This document shows positions 12,097-22,603 of a stretch of DNA of 64,000 nucleotides, piece by piece; position 1 is the first letter of the stretch; each line of letters opens with the position of its first letter. Under the pieces are notes generated by a model. The model had not been told where the DNA came from. It searched no databases and worked only from the letters and a program-made list of their open reading frames with translations. The stretch is from Rhizodiscina lignyota (lineage: Eukaryota): the NCBI GenBank assembly GCA_010015805.1, contig ML978126.1, positions 1,860,001 through 1,924,000 on the forward strand, written 5' to 3'. The position numbers and the translations under genes were made by a program.

Positions 12097-14866
12097 CTAT
12101 CTACTCGAATCCGACATATCGGATGCAGGGGGCGGAATCTCAATTACTGGGGGCAGTTCGACAGGCACACCAGACCCTGGTAGCTCAAAATAGGGTATCT
12201 GGTACGGTTGTTGAGACATCATGTCCAGATTTTTCTCCTCAGCCTCAGAAACCGTTCTCTGTTTTCTTGTTGATCTGAAAACTTTCCTCTGAGATGCTGA
12301 AGGGAATATGCCATGCTTGAAGAACTTTGGCATTCGGCCTTTGAGTCGAGTCCAATGATATTTGAAGGCTTTTCTTGGCCGTATGACGAACAGTCGGTTC
12401 GTGGAACTGAAGGTATTTTAGCAGCCAAACAGCCAGAGTGAGAGATGGAATTACCTGGCCTCGCTTTCCGCAATAGATTTTTGTTCAAGATGAAACAATT
12501 CAGGGTTCCCAGATGGTACACGACTGAAGTCATTTGAAGCAGTTGTCTCCATTGACATTCTCGCTGGTATTACCACGTCATCGGAGGTTATGCCTGTATT
12601 AGAAGGTATTCCAGCCAGCTCATTACTCAGATTTACGTCATCATTAGATGCTCGTCTTTCATTGATGGCTTGGGATTCAAGACGTGGCCAGTTTTCGGGA
12701 AGATCATCTTCATCGGACAATACTTCGGTAACAGAAGGTGCCTTGCCATGTGACTTGACGTCGTTTCGCAGAGCTGCTTGCTCGCTGTGTGCTGCTCTAT
12801 TTTCCAATGACACTCCATCTGAAGATACTGTCTGATCTGTAGTAGCTCCAGCGAGGGGTATATCGTCGAATCGCTTTGGCAGCGGTACAGACTCCGAGCT
12901 ATTGGATATAGGTAGATGGAATTTCAACGGCCAGCCTCGAATCTGAGTCTTCTTTGGGGAAGTATGCGTTGGGCCACCTGGGGTATCCGGAGCTACAGAA
13001 TAGGCTTCTGCTAAATCAAATTTGTACACGTCCTCGAGCCTCCCATTTGCAGATTTACGACGACAAAGTTCCGGTGTTCGGTCGAGCCAGGCCCTTACGT
13101 CTTCTTCTCGGGCAATGTTGACAGTGTCGGCTCCAAGTTGGTTTTGGATTGAGCGTAGGGTAGCTGCAATTGGTACCATGAGGTGCTCTGCGAAAGGGCC
13201 CACAGCAACAAAATGGCCATGCGTGTTGCCCGATGAGTCAATGACCCACGACCCAGAATCACCGACTTGAAGAGGCACATCTGATAGGCGTATTAGCACT
13301 CTGGACCGAACATAGATAATTTACCATGACAAACCTACCCAGGTCATGCACGGAGTGTACTTCGATCAAATGATAACCACCTGGAGGCATGAAGAAGGAA
13401 GTCTCGTGCGAGAGGACCCCATGGTGTATGCCGCTGCGCCCAGCGAGTACCACAACCGAAGTGAAAGGTGCTGAGGTGGATAAGTCTTGGATACTATTGG
13501 CTTCCACGTCTCTTAATTGTGTCAGAGCGTGGCCAAGCTCCTGAACAATAGCGAGGTTCTCCATTTGGGGTGCAAGTTCCACCAGTGCCCAGTCATGATT
13601 GGGTTCAACGGTATCTGCATCATATGAGCTTGCTACAACTTTCCCGCGAACTGAAAGAGGTAGATGGATTTCGCCAGGCTTGATGAAATCGGATTCTTGA
13701 CCGGTTTGTTCAAAGGAATCAGGTATCAAGTCGTCCCTCCAGTCGACATCAGGCATATCTTCAGTATCCTCAGTACCCTGCATATTCTCCTTCCGGCGAA
13801 GCGCGCGCTCACGTCGACGCCGACGATTTTCCGCATCGCTCGTTACGTGTTCTGAAGTATCAACAGTATTGGGTTTGTTGCTCGATGGGGAATTTCCATC
13901 AGGCGTGGGCGTTTGTTCGAGTTCGTTCATCTCGAAGGTCTCGTCGACTTGGTCTGGGTGACTAGAATCCACGGCGACAAGCCCCGGTTTGTCCACGTGT
14001 CTCAACTCGGACCTCTGGAGAAAATGACCGCAAGTCAAAGCGAACATTTGCACAGCCGAGCCTGTCTTGACGGTGATGATGCCACCAATTGTGGCGAACA
14101 CTTCTCTCTGTCCGGGCACTTGAAGTATGCTACCGCGATACGTCCTCTTGGAAGAGCTTGAGGACAAAAGCACTGCCAGGTCGGCACTGCACACCTTAAG
14201 TCTCCCTTCACGGTCGTCGATAACCGTCTCAAGAGTCGGGCGTCTTCCTTCGGGATCTTTACAATGCTCTTTATACCAGTTCTCCCTGACAATATGTCGC
14301 ACCCTTGATGTAACTGATTTGTCACAGAATATGACAACGTAAGGTTTGGCCGTGGACTCATCTTCGCCGAGGCTTATGAGTTTGAAAAGGACCGGGCCGG
14401 GCGCGGAGGGGCCTTGGTAGAGAGTCTCTACTATCCTGCTGTTAAGCAATTGAACCAGATCTGAAAACTGCCTTGACACTTCAGGTGCTATCTCTTTGTT
14501 AGGAAAGCGAGCCAGCTTTTTCTGTGCGAGAACATCCCCTTTCCGCGGGGGGGCCAATTTTCCGCCGCTTAGCTTTATGGGTCCACTGCCTTCTGGCGTT
14601 TCTTCTTCGCTTTGTGACGGTGGCTCTAACCTTGAAGTTGCTTCGTCAGTTGGCCTTGCGCTAATTGGAGATCTGTCGTGCACGTAGTTTTTGCGGCTCT
14701 CATTTGCAAATCTTCGCCTCCTAGACAGAAGCGATTTGAACTTCAGCCTCGGCCTACCAACTCTTGTCAACACTGCCCAGAAACCCCTTCTTATCGCAGG
14801 TGAGAATTCAGAGGCATAGTATTCTTCATCAACATCAGTCTGGAGCTTCTCATCTAGGTGATCCAT
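12097..14866 (-). CDS. Cytosolic trypsin-fold (PA clan) serine protease-domain protein with long disordered regions
   Basis: ATIGGII, ALTCGH (His), DWALVEL (Asp), GDSGSWV (Ser), HGHFVA; introns 13281-13338 and 12407-12454 join ORFs 13259..14878, 12451..13299 and 12097..12333 in frame; no signal peptide. Confidence 0.8.
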
Positions 14867-15281
14867 CGGAAACCTCAAATGTCAGACAAAGAGTCAATCT
14901 TGAAATAGTCGGAAAGGGAAATGGACGAAGGGGAGAAATGGGGCACAAGCCCGATCCCAAAAAGAAAGCCCGAGCGGCACGGCTCGAATTTCTTGACCCA
15001 CTATGGGTAAGGCTGGGCTGTGCATTGAGCGTGCTGGATTGGTTGTCCTAGGTGTAAGGCAACGGGGCCCTCTGCCCAGCCTCGTCTCAGCCTGATGCAA
15101 AATGGCGACTTGAAATCGAATGAGAAGAAGCCAGGCCCAATAGCTATCTATCAGCATTCGTCCGCGGACTTCTCTTTCAGCGCTTCGCTGGTGAGAACAT
15201 AAAAATACGCTCTTGGAAAGCCGGAAAACAACACATGCTCCCCGTCTGTGGTAATTTTTGGGCGGATGGCAAGTATTGCAG

Positions 15282-16445
15282 ATGGCGTCAATCACTGAGA
15301 ATGACCTCAAGGAAATATGCCAGATCCTCTGGTCGTGGGATTTTTGCATTGGATGCTTGCAGAAAACAGTGTGCCAGGTCAAGGCGTGTCCGAACGAACG
15401 AATGCGACGACTCTCGCGATATTTCGATTACGGCAGAATTATATTCGACGTGTACGCAGCCGAAACGCCTCCAGCAAAATTGAGGAAGCTTCGCAACTTG
15501 GTACTCAAAGCAATAGGCTTCATTCGATCCAGTCCGTCGAGTATTCGTGCTGAATTTTTGCAAAGGTTGGCGAATTCTAGAGAAGGCGCAGACGAAGACG
15601 TGGAAGAGCTGGATAGAGCACTGATGATGGCTATTAAGCTCATGTTCATGACGAATTGCGGTCATGACAATCAAAAAATGGAGGTCCTGGAGTCCGGATT
15701 GTTCATGAGGTCGTGGAGAGGGGAATTCGGTCTTGATAATTATATCGTTGATTCCTTCCCCAAAACCGACCATCCAAGTCTTAATGAGAAGAATTCCAAT
15801 AAGGCCGATATTATCAAGGCGGCCCTCCAAGCCAAGAAGTTAAAGAAGCATGCTAATCTAAGCTTCTCCCCAACGGACGATATTCGGAACCACTTGAGGC
15901 TGGACCATCAAACAGGAGTTGTACAGATCTTCCATTATACAAGCTTTCTGAAAGAACAGCTTCGGATCACACAGCATATGCGGTCCGAAACGGAAGCACA
16001 TATTGTCGAATACATGAAGGCTGGCGCTCTGCCACGACAGCTTGTCCTGGAGGTCCTTGATTCTATTCAGAAGGTTCTCTTTCCTATTAACGATGACCAA
16101 TCGTACGCGCTGCTTGTATCCATGACAAGCTCGAAGGGAGGTTCTTTCGATCCAGATTGTATTCGGTTCGAGTCCGAAGAGTTCCGCAGCGCAGAAGAGA
16201 GCGATGTCGCATATTACTATTTCGGGGCGCGCCTTATGGAGCTATATCAGGAGTCAGAGAATCCGAGGCCGCGTGGATTAGTTGCGGAGTGGCTGGAGCG
16301 TAGGAGTGGAGCGCGATATGCCATGCTAGCGACTCTTATCGGGGTTTTCATTGCCATCCTTCTGGGGCTTGCGGGACTGGTGGTCTCCTCGTATCAGACA
16401 TATATTGCGTACCAGCAGTGGAAGCATGCAATATCCAAGTCATAA
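15282..16445 (+). CDS. Uncharacterised fungal protein with a C-terminal transmembrane anchor (PTDDIRNHL..VQIFH motif)
   Basis: Intronless ~387-aa ORF; hydrophobic C-terminal helix YAMLATLIGVFIAILLGLAGLVVSSYQTYIAY; divergent from the protease gene. Confidence 0.85.
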   Translation: MASITENDLKEICQILWSWDFCIGCLQKTVCQVKACPNERMRRLSRYFDYGRIIFDVYAAETPPAKLRKLRNLVLKAIGFIRSSPSSIRAEFLQRLANSREGADEDVEELDRALMMAIKLMFMTNCGHDNQKMEVLESGLFMRSWRGEFGLDNYIVDSFPKTDHPSLNEKNSNKADIIKAALQAKKLKKHANLSFSPTDDIRNHLRLDHQTGVVQIFHYTSFLKEQLRITQHMRSETEAHIVEYMKAGALPRQLVLEVLDSIQKVLFPINDDQSYALLVSMTSSKGGSFDPDCIRFESEEFRSAEESDVAYYYFGARLMELYQESENPRPRGLVAEWLERRSGARYAMLATLIGVFIAILLGLAGLVVSSYQTYIAYQQWKHAISKS

Positions 16446-16838
16446 GTTTACGATGGCTCTCTGAGCGTTGTACCATCGCTGGTACTTTGCTGTTGAACGT
16501 ATGAGATGGAACGGAGAAGACGGTTCCGTGGAAGCTTTTGACATTTGGGAAATCACTCTTGGCGTTGGTATGGATTTCCTGTTGTTTTACCCTTGTGCTA
16601 TCTTAGACAATTAGTTGCATTGCCAGACTAATGAATGGGTTTGAAGGACTTGTTTCTGGGAATCCTCGTGATATGTATCTCGCTCGACTTGGCTGCGGTA
16701 AGTTTCGTTGCGTGTGCCGATAGCGGAGCAACCTTCAGTATTCTGAACCACTTCGGAAGACTGTACGAAGGATATCTTTCACAGTCATTTCAAACAGTCT
16801 ATTGATTTTCTATTCATAATCGTTGTTCAGCCTTCGCA

Positions 16839-17807
16839 ATGGCCACTGCAACATTTCCACCAATATCACAGCCCGAAAGCATCGTGGCAGAGAAGTTCAC
16901 AGAAGTTCCTCATGAACACCGCCGCAACAAAATATCTCTCTTTTCACACTCGCATAATAAAGGAAAGATTATGGACTCCTTTCTCGAAGGTCCAATCATG
17001 GTCAATGGCAAGCTGTTCGTCACAGATATTGCCCACGGCCGGATCTTCGCAATTGATCTCGCTACGAAAGAATGGACCTGTTTCATCGAATACGACGGGC
17101 AGCCAAACGGAATGGCCTATCATCCGAAGCGCAAGCTGATCCTGATCGCCGATCGCAAGAAGGGTGTATTGAGTCTTGACCCGGAGACCAAATTCCTCGA
17201 TACCATCCTCGACAGTTTCAACGGCCAGCCATTCTTGGGACCCAATGATCTTGTTGTCGGCGGTGATGGAGCTATCTACTTCACTGATCAGGGTATGACG
17301 GGTTTGCACGAGCCCGTCGGTCGTGTCTTCCGTCACGACCCTGAGACCGGAAAAACAGACGTGTTGCTAAGGAACGGCCCTTCTCCGAACGGGCTGATGT
17401 TCGATAAGGAAGAAGGGGTCCTGTTCGTCGGTATGACGCGAGACAACTCAGTGTGGCATGTACCTATCTTCCCAGACGGAACCACTCAGCGCGCCGGACG
17501 GTTCTCAAGCTACTATGGCCTCGGTGGACCCGATGGTATGACGCTAGATTGTGACGGTAATCTGTTCATCTGTGTAGTGCGAATCGGGACGATATTTGTC
17601 CACAAGCCGGACGGTACCCCGTTGGCAAGGATAGTGATGCCGGAAGGTGTGGGCGTTATGGGTACGAACTTGACTTGGAGCCCGAACACAGACGGTGGAG
17701 AGGGCGAGGGGGATACGCTCTATATTACAGAGAGTGCGTCTGGCACGGTGCTGTCTGTCAAGTGGCATACCAAAGGATGGCTTGGGAAGATCTATTACGA
17801 GAAGTAA
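16839..17807 (+). CDS. SMP-30/gluconolactonase/LRE-family beta-propeller
   Basis: FLEGP, QPNGMA, GPNDL..GAIYFTD, SPNGL, GPDGMTLDCDGNL, TNLTW metal-ligand motifs. Confidence 0.92.
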   Translation: MATATFPPISQPESIVAEKFTEVPHEHRRNKISLFSHSHNKGKIMDSFLEGPIMVNGKLFVTDIAHGRIFAIDLATKEWTCFIEYDGQPNGMAYHPKRKLILIADRKKGVLSLDPETKFLDTILDSFNGQPFLGPNDLVVGGDGAIYFTDQGMTGLHEPVGRVFRHDPETGKTDVLLRNGPSPNGLMFDKEEGVLFVGMTRDNSVWHVPIFPDGTTQRAGRFSSYYGLGGPDGMTLDCDGNLFICVVRIGTIFVHKPDGTPLARIVMPEGVGVMGTNLTWSPNTDGGEGEGDTLYITESASGTVLSVKWHTKGWLGKIYYEK

Positions 17808-19009
17808 TGATAGTGACAAATTTACCTGAAGAATACCCGTGCGTCTGTCATCTCATAATTGAGCATAAGGACGTGGTAGCTTCCGGACGTCATTGCTTCT
17901 ATCGACTTCTACATGAAATTAAGTGGTCATCCCATGAAATGATGTTGCTCTCGAGAAGGAAGGAGCTTTGTAAGTGTAATGACGAATTACCTTGGGATTA
18001 CGATATCTGCTTGTGGGCCAGCTCTCGGAGATTTAACAAGCGCGATCTCATAACAGCCTTGGAAGCCAGGATCACATCCAAGTTATCTTTTAATGAGATT
18101 GGAAAGAATGCTTCGGTCCGGATGAACATCTCCAGAAAAACACCGGGAAAGAGGAATTGAGATTGACAATCTTTTCGGTTCGAGAGAATGGCTGGACGAC
18201 TGAGATACTTATTCCTTGACAGCATCCTCCCTCTCCGTCCCCAAGCAAGTCCAAGTGTCCGAAACTAAGATTCGGAATTCCCGCAGACGAGGCTATTGCC
18301 AGGATGATTCGTCATCTCAATCTGGTACCTTGCATCTGACAAGGAAGGTAGGTTGGGCTGATGTTCAAGGAGCATTGTACCGATGCAGCTTCTCCCGTCC
18401 TGCGGCGTCCACGAGAGACTCGAACTGCGACGTCGACACTTCCACCGGCCGCCTCCGCAGGCTGCGCCTCACAGAACATCTATACAGAGAACGGGAGAGC
18501 GTTCGAGACAGCAGGTTTCCCGTTGCATGAACCCCAGTGGCTGGTGAGATATTGCCAAGCCGATCTCGCCCTATCAGAGGGCGTGCACTGATCAAGCTTT
18601 GAGCAATCCTTGAAAGCTCCGACGGCCCAACAGCCTCAAGCGGCCATCAGCCACCAATGCTTTGGTTGGCAACCAGGATTTGAGCCGCATCACGCGAGCA
18701 GGCGATGGCAACGTGGCAAACCTGCCAGAAGATTCGTCACTCTCGTCGGTTAAACAAGAAAAGGTTGGTGGATTATTTCCAATTGTTCATGGATGGTGAG
18801 CTAGGGAGAAAACTGGGAATATTGGTGGGCCTGTCAGCATGGCCGCATGAGTTGCCCTTGGTGACTGCGCGCAGATATAAGGTAAGGTGGAGAGAAGTCA
18901 AGTGGAATATTGCCATAGAAACCAAACCGCGCTGTCTTCGTCTTCTTTAAATTTGCCACTCGCTTCTTGCTTCTAGCAATCCACATTCGCTTTCTACACA
19001 ACAGTCATA

Positions 19010-19369
19010 ATGCGCTTCACAATCGTTCCTCTCGTCGCTGCTCTCGCCTGTGGTGCTTCCGCCCAGCTGTACGTTAAATGGAATCATACCTGCGACGGAA
19101 ATCAAGATTCTAATTTGTCTACAGGTACCCAGCAGGCAACTCGACTACGGTGTTTGTCACTGCTACCGGCACCGCAGTTGGCACAACACTCTCCTCCACT
19201 GCCGCCGCAACAGCGACGAGCAGCACCGCACCGCTCTTCACTGGGGCTGCTGACTCGCTCGCTGGATCTTCATTGGGTTTTGTGGCTGCTGCTGCAGGGG
19301 TTCTCTATGTATGTCCACTATGCCCTTGAGATTGGAACATGAAGAACTGACCGTTAGCAGATGCTGTAA
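19010..19369 (+). CDS. Small secreted Ser/Thr/Ala-rich, probably GPI-anchored cell-wall protein (~84 aa)
   Basis: Signal peptide MRFTIVPLVAALACGASA; introns 19069-19124 and 19309-19360; spliced product continues YPAGNSTTVFVTATGT..PLFTGAADSLAGSSLGFVAAAAGVLYML*. Confidence 0.82.
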
Positions 19370-19572
19370 AACGATCGACGCATTTTGCGGACTTGGAAAT
19401 GGCCTGTCGGCGTAATGACACGTAATGAGGATGACTTCTTCGATGAGATGATAAAAAAGCAGTTATACAGAAACATTATTCTTTAATTAATAGTAGCCAT
19501 TTAGCATTCATACACATACTACATCGACTACGATGCTCAATCAGCAATTGTCATTACTATCATCAATCCTCA

Positions 19573-21655
19573 TCACAGCTGCGTGAGTTTCAGGATGTCA
19601 TGCCGCGCGAAGAAACTCCTGTTCCGCTTTCCGAAAACATCTTGAGATTCGTCAGTCATATATCATCTTTACAGTAGAGACAGTGGGGTGAGTGACAGGG
19701 AGACTTACACATCAAAATCGTAAGTGCACAAACGGCGACTTGCACGCTTCCCAGCACAATGAAAATGTGCTTGATGCCGTGCTCGACCAGCCAATTGTAT
19801 CCGCTCCAGGTGAGTCCGAAGCTGAAGATGTTCTTGAAGACGAGTAGACAAGTGAACGCTTCGATCGCAATATTTCCTGCCACCACCACTCGGTCAGCGA
19901 ACAGACACTAGATGGCCGTATCACAGCACTCATTAACTAAAAAAAAGGGGAAGAAAATACTTACGATGTGCATCAACAATATATAACGCGCTCGACACCG
20001 CCCCAACAACCATCCCGGCCACCTCAAACGCAAAGAAGAAATCCGGCCAGAACCATCCATACCTGAACGTATTGTCGCTGGTAATACCGAACCCATACAA
20101 ACCACAGCACCCCAATACGAGCTGTGGGATGACAAGGATCAATCTAAACTCCGGCTCATAAACTCCTCTATTGCGCCTCGTCATGAACGCCGGCACCGAG
20201 TCCGCCAACAGCCCTGCTAACAGGAACCCGACTACCGCGCCGATAAACGCGCCGGTGTACATGTACCCCGTCTGGACTTCGTTGAAGAAGAGCGGGGGCC
20301 CGAGCATGATGGCTGCGAGGACGATGCCGATGAAGACGGTCCAGCCAATGAGCGTGCCTTGGATGAGGCACGCCCAGAGGATACCTGGATGCAGGAAGAG
20401 CGCGAAGGGGCGAAGGAGCAGTTTGAAGTAATTGTCGTTTGTTTTGCGGCCGTTGAAGGGGGCGAGGCGTTGCAGAAGGGTTTGCTTGGTGGGACTACCA
20501 GAGGGGGCTGTGGTGTGGAGATGCTGAACATCGCTGGATGGGAGTGGTTTATCTGGATTGTCGTTGTCTGCGGTCGATGGTCTCTGCGTGTCTCCTGAGA
20601 CGTCCATTTCTTTCGATGTGGCTGTGTTCACCGGGTCAGACTCTTCGTTAGTCGCCTTCAGTGTGTCCATTTGCCGCTTGTAGGTCGAGTCATTGAGCAG
20701 CGTATCCGTCTCCAGACTGTTGTCTCTTGGATACGCCGTCTCTGGGACAAATAGCAGAACGACAGGTAGCAACGCGCCAGTGAAGATCGCCACGAAATAG
20801 AACGTCCAAGGCCATCCCAGAGCATGCGTGATCCTACCAACAACAACAGGCGTAAAGAAAGCTCCCCCAAAGACAGCAAAGTTCGTTAAAGCCATGCGCT
20901 TGCCTCGCTCATGCACGTAGTAAAGCTATCGCTCCCAATCAGCACTTCATCCTCAAAACAACGAATACCAAAACTCACGTCCCCAACCGTAGCATTAACA
21001 AGCGCCTCAAACGGCGCCAGCCCAATCCCCTGAAAAATCCTAGCCCACAGCAGACTCGTATAGTTGCTCCCGCTCGCGCCTCCCCACGCGCTGCTGAAGA
21101 TGATGAAGATTGTACCGATGATGAAGGTATGTCTCTTTCCCCATACTCTTGCTGATGGCACGAACAGGAAGCCCGCAACGCCCACGCCGAGGAGATGGTA
21201 CCCCGTCAGCAGCGCCATGTCTGTAAACGTCCTGCCGAAATGCAGCGCGAGAGTGAGCGTGTTGGCTGCGAGGAGCGGGGAGAGGGACGCGGCGATGACG
21301 GAGAGGAGGGAGAGGGTGAAGAGGATGAGGTCGCGCTTCCAGAGGGGCCAGTTCTATCTCTCATTAGCCCTCAATTGTCATCGACAGGCCTGATCTATCC
21401 AATCTGGAGACAGACAAGAGGATCATTGGGATCGTCCGAAGGCTGCGGGACAAGAATGATCGGATGCGCGCCGCTTCTGTCATATTTCAGGTTCGGATCG
21501 ATGATCGAGTTCTCTTCATGTTGGCGCGCTTCGTCATCTAGAACGTACGCGGTTCCTGCGATATTATGAATTAGTCGCAGTCTCCGGCATGAATTGATAG
21601 AAAGCATACCAGGGACGTGCTCAAGCTTTCTATCCTCGAGAACGCCGAGACCCAT
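19573..21655 (-). CDS. MFS transporter (HOL1-like)
   Basis: LVPQPSDDPNDPL(NW), WGKRHTF, ARIFQGIG, HERGKRM, PETAY, YEPEFRL, VFGKRNR; several GT-AG introns. Confidence 0.92.
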
Positions 21656-22265
21656 TATGAGTTATGCAAGGACAGCAGTGCCCTTCTGACGATGCTATGT
21701 CACATTTCAAAAATTGAGAATGGCGCTGTGTGCGATCAATGGTGTAATAATGGAAGGGAAGAAGGAGCAATGCGCGTTTAGCAAGAGGTTCGGCACGGCT
21801 TGCGTCGACCTCCAGCCAGATGCGACGCTAGATTGGAGCAAGGGTGAATCGCGACTGCCATTGGATAGTGCTTCAACATATGCATTCATACACATGTAGC
21901 TGAACATTCAGCTCAATTATTCAAGAAATCCAAGAAGAGTCTTGTGGCCGCAAATACTTCAAATCACAATGATCAAGTTCACAGTCCAAGATGCGTTCAA
22001 GAATCTTCGATTCTTATTCGTAGTAACAGTCGGAGTGCGCAGCTCGTGGTATCTACAGCCCTATACAATCGCAGCAATGAAAGCAATGTAGACTCCATTC
22101 GCAAAATCCAATGCAGAGTCCAGGCCATATGCAGTCGGCCATGTGAGTTCCCGTCCGTCGTATCGTAGATACCATGAAAGTATTCGCCTCAGCCCCGCTC
22201 ATCAATCTGACGCCTAAACCCGAGTCATGAAGCGTATGGAGCGAGGTGAGGCCGTTCGTTAACCA

Positions 22266-22295
22266 GAAACAAAGAAAAGAAAAGAAAGAAAGAAA
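22266..22295 (+). repeat. Short A-rich (AAAG/AAAAG)n microsatellite in the ATG1 3' region
   Basis: gaaacaaagaaaagaaaagaaagaaagaaa. Confidence 0.6.
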
Positions 22296-22603
22296 CATGA
22301 TCCAAAGACGCCCAAATGTTCCGCACGCTAGTTGAACATGGTCTATTCGAATTTGCAATTTACTGCGCCAGAGCCGTGAATGCGTTTCGTTCGTCCAACG
22401 CGGTCGGGTACTCCGGTATGATGTGATCAAAAGAGAAAACGCTTGCTGCTGTATATGCCATTGCCATCCAAACGCCTTGAAAACAACCCTAAAAAATTTG
22501 ACAGAAAGTCTTTGTAAGACGAGTCTTGATTTGATTGATCGAGACGAGCTTCTGAGCCGAAGCGAAGTGAAGAGACAAACTCGTATTCGGAAGAAGCGCA
22601 CAC

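Noticed and set aside
15282..16445. Possibility that the protease partner is a gasdermin (RCD-1/HET-Q1-like)
   Set aside because: Looks mostly helical with a hydrophobic C-terminal TM helix, unlike beta-rich gasdermin pore domains.
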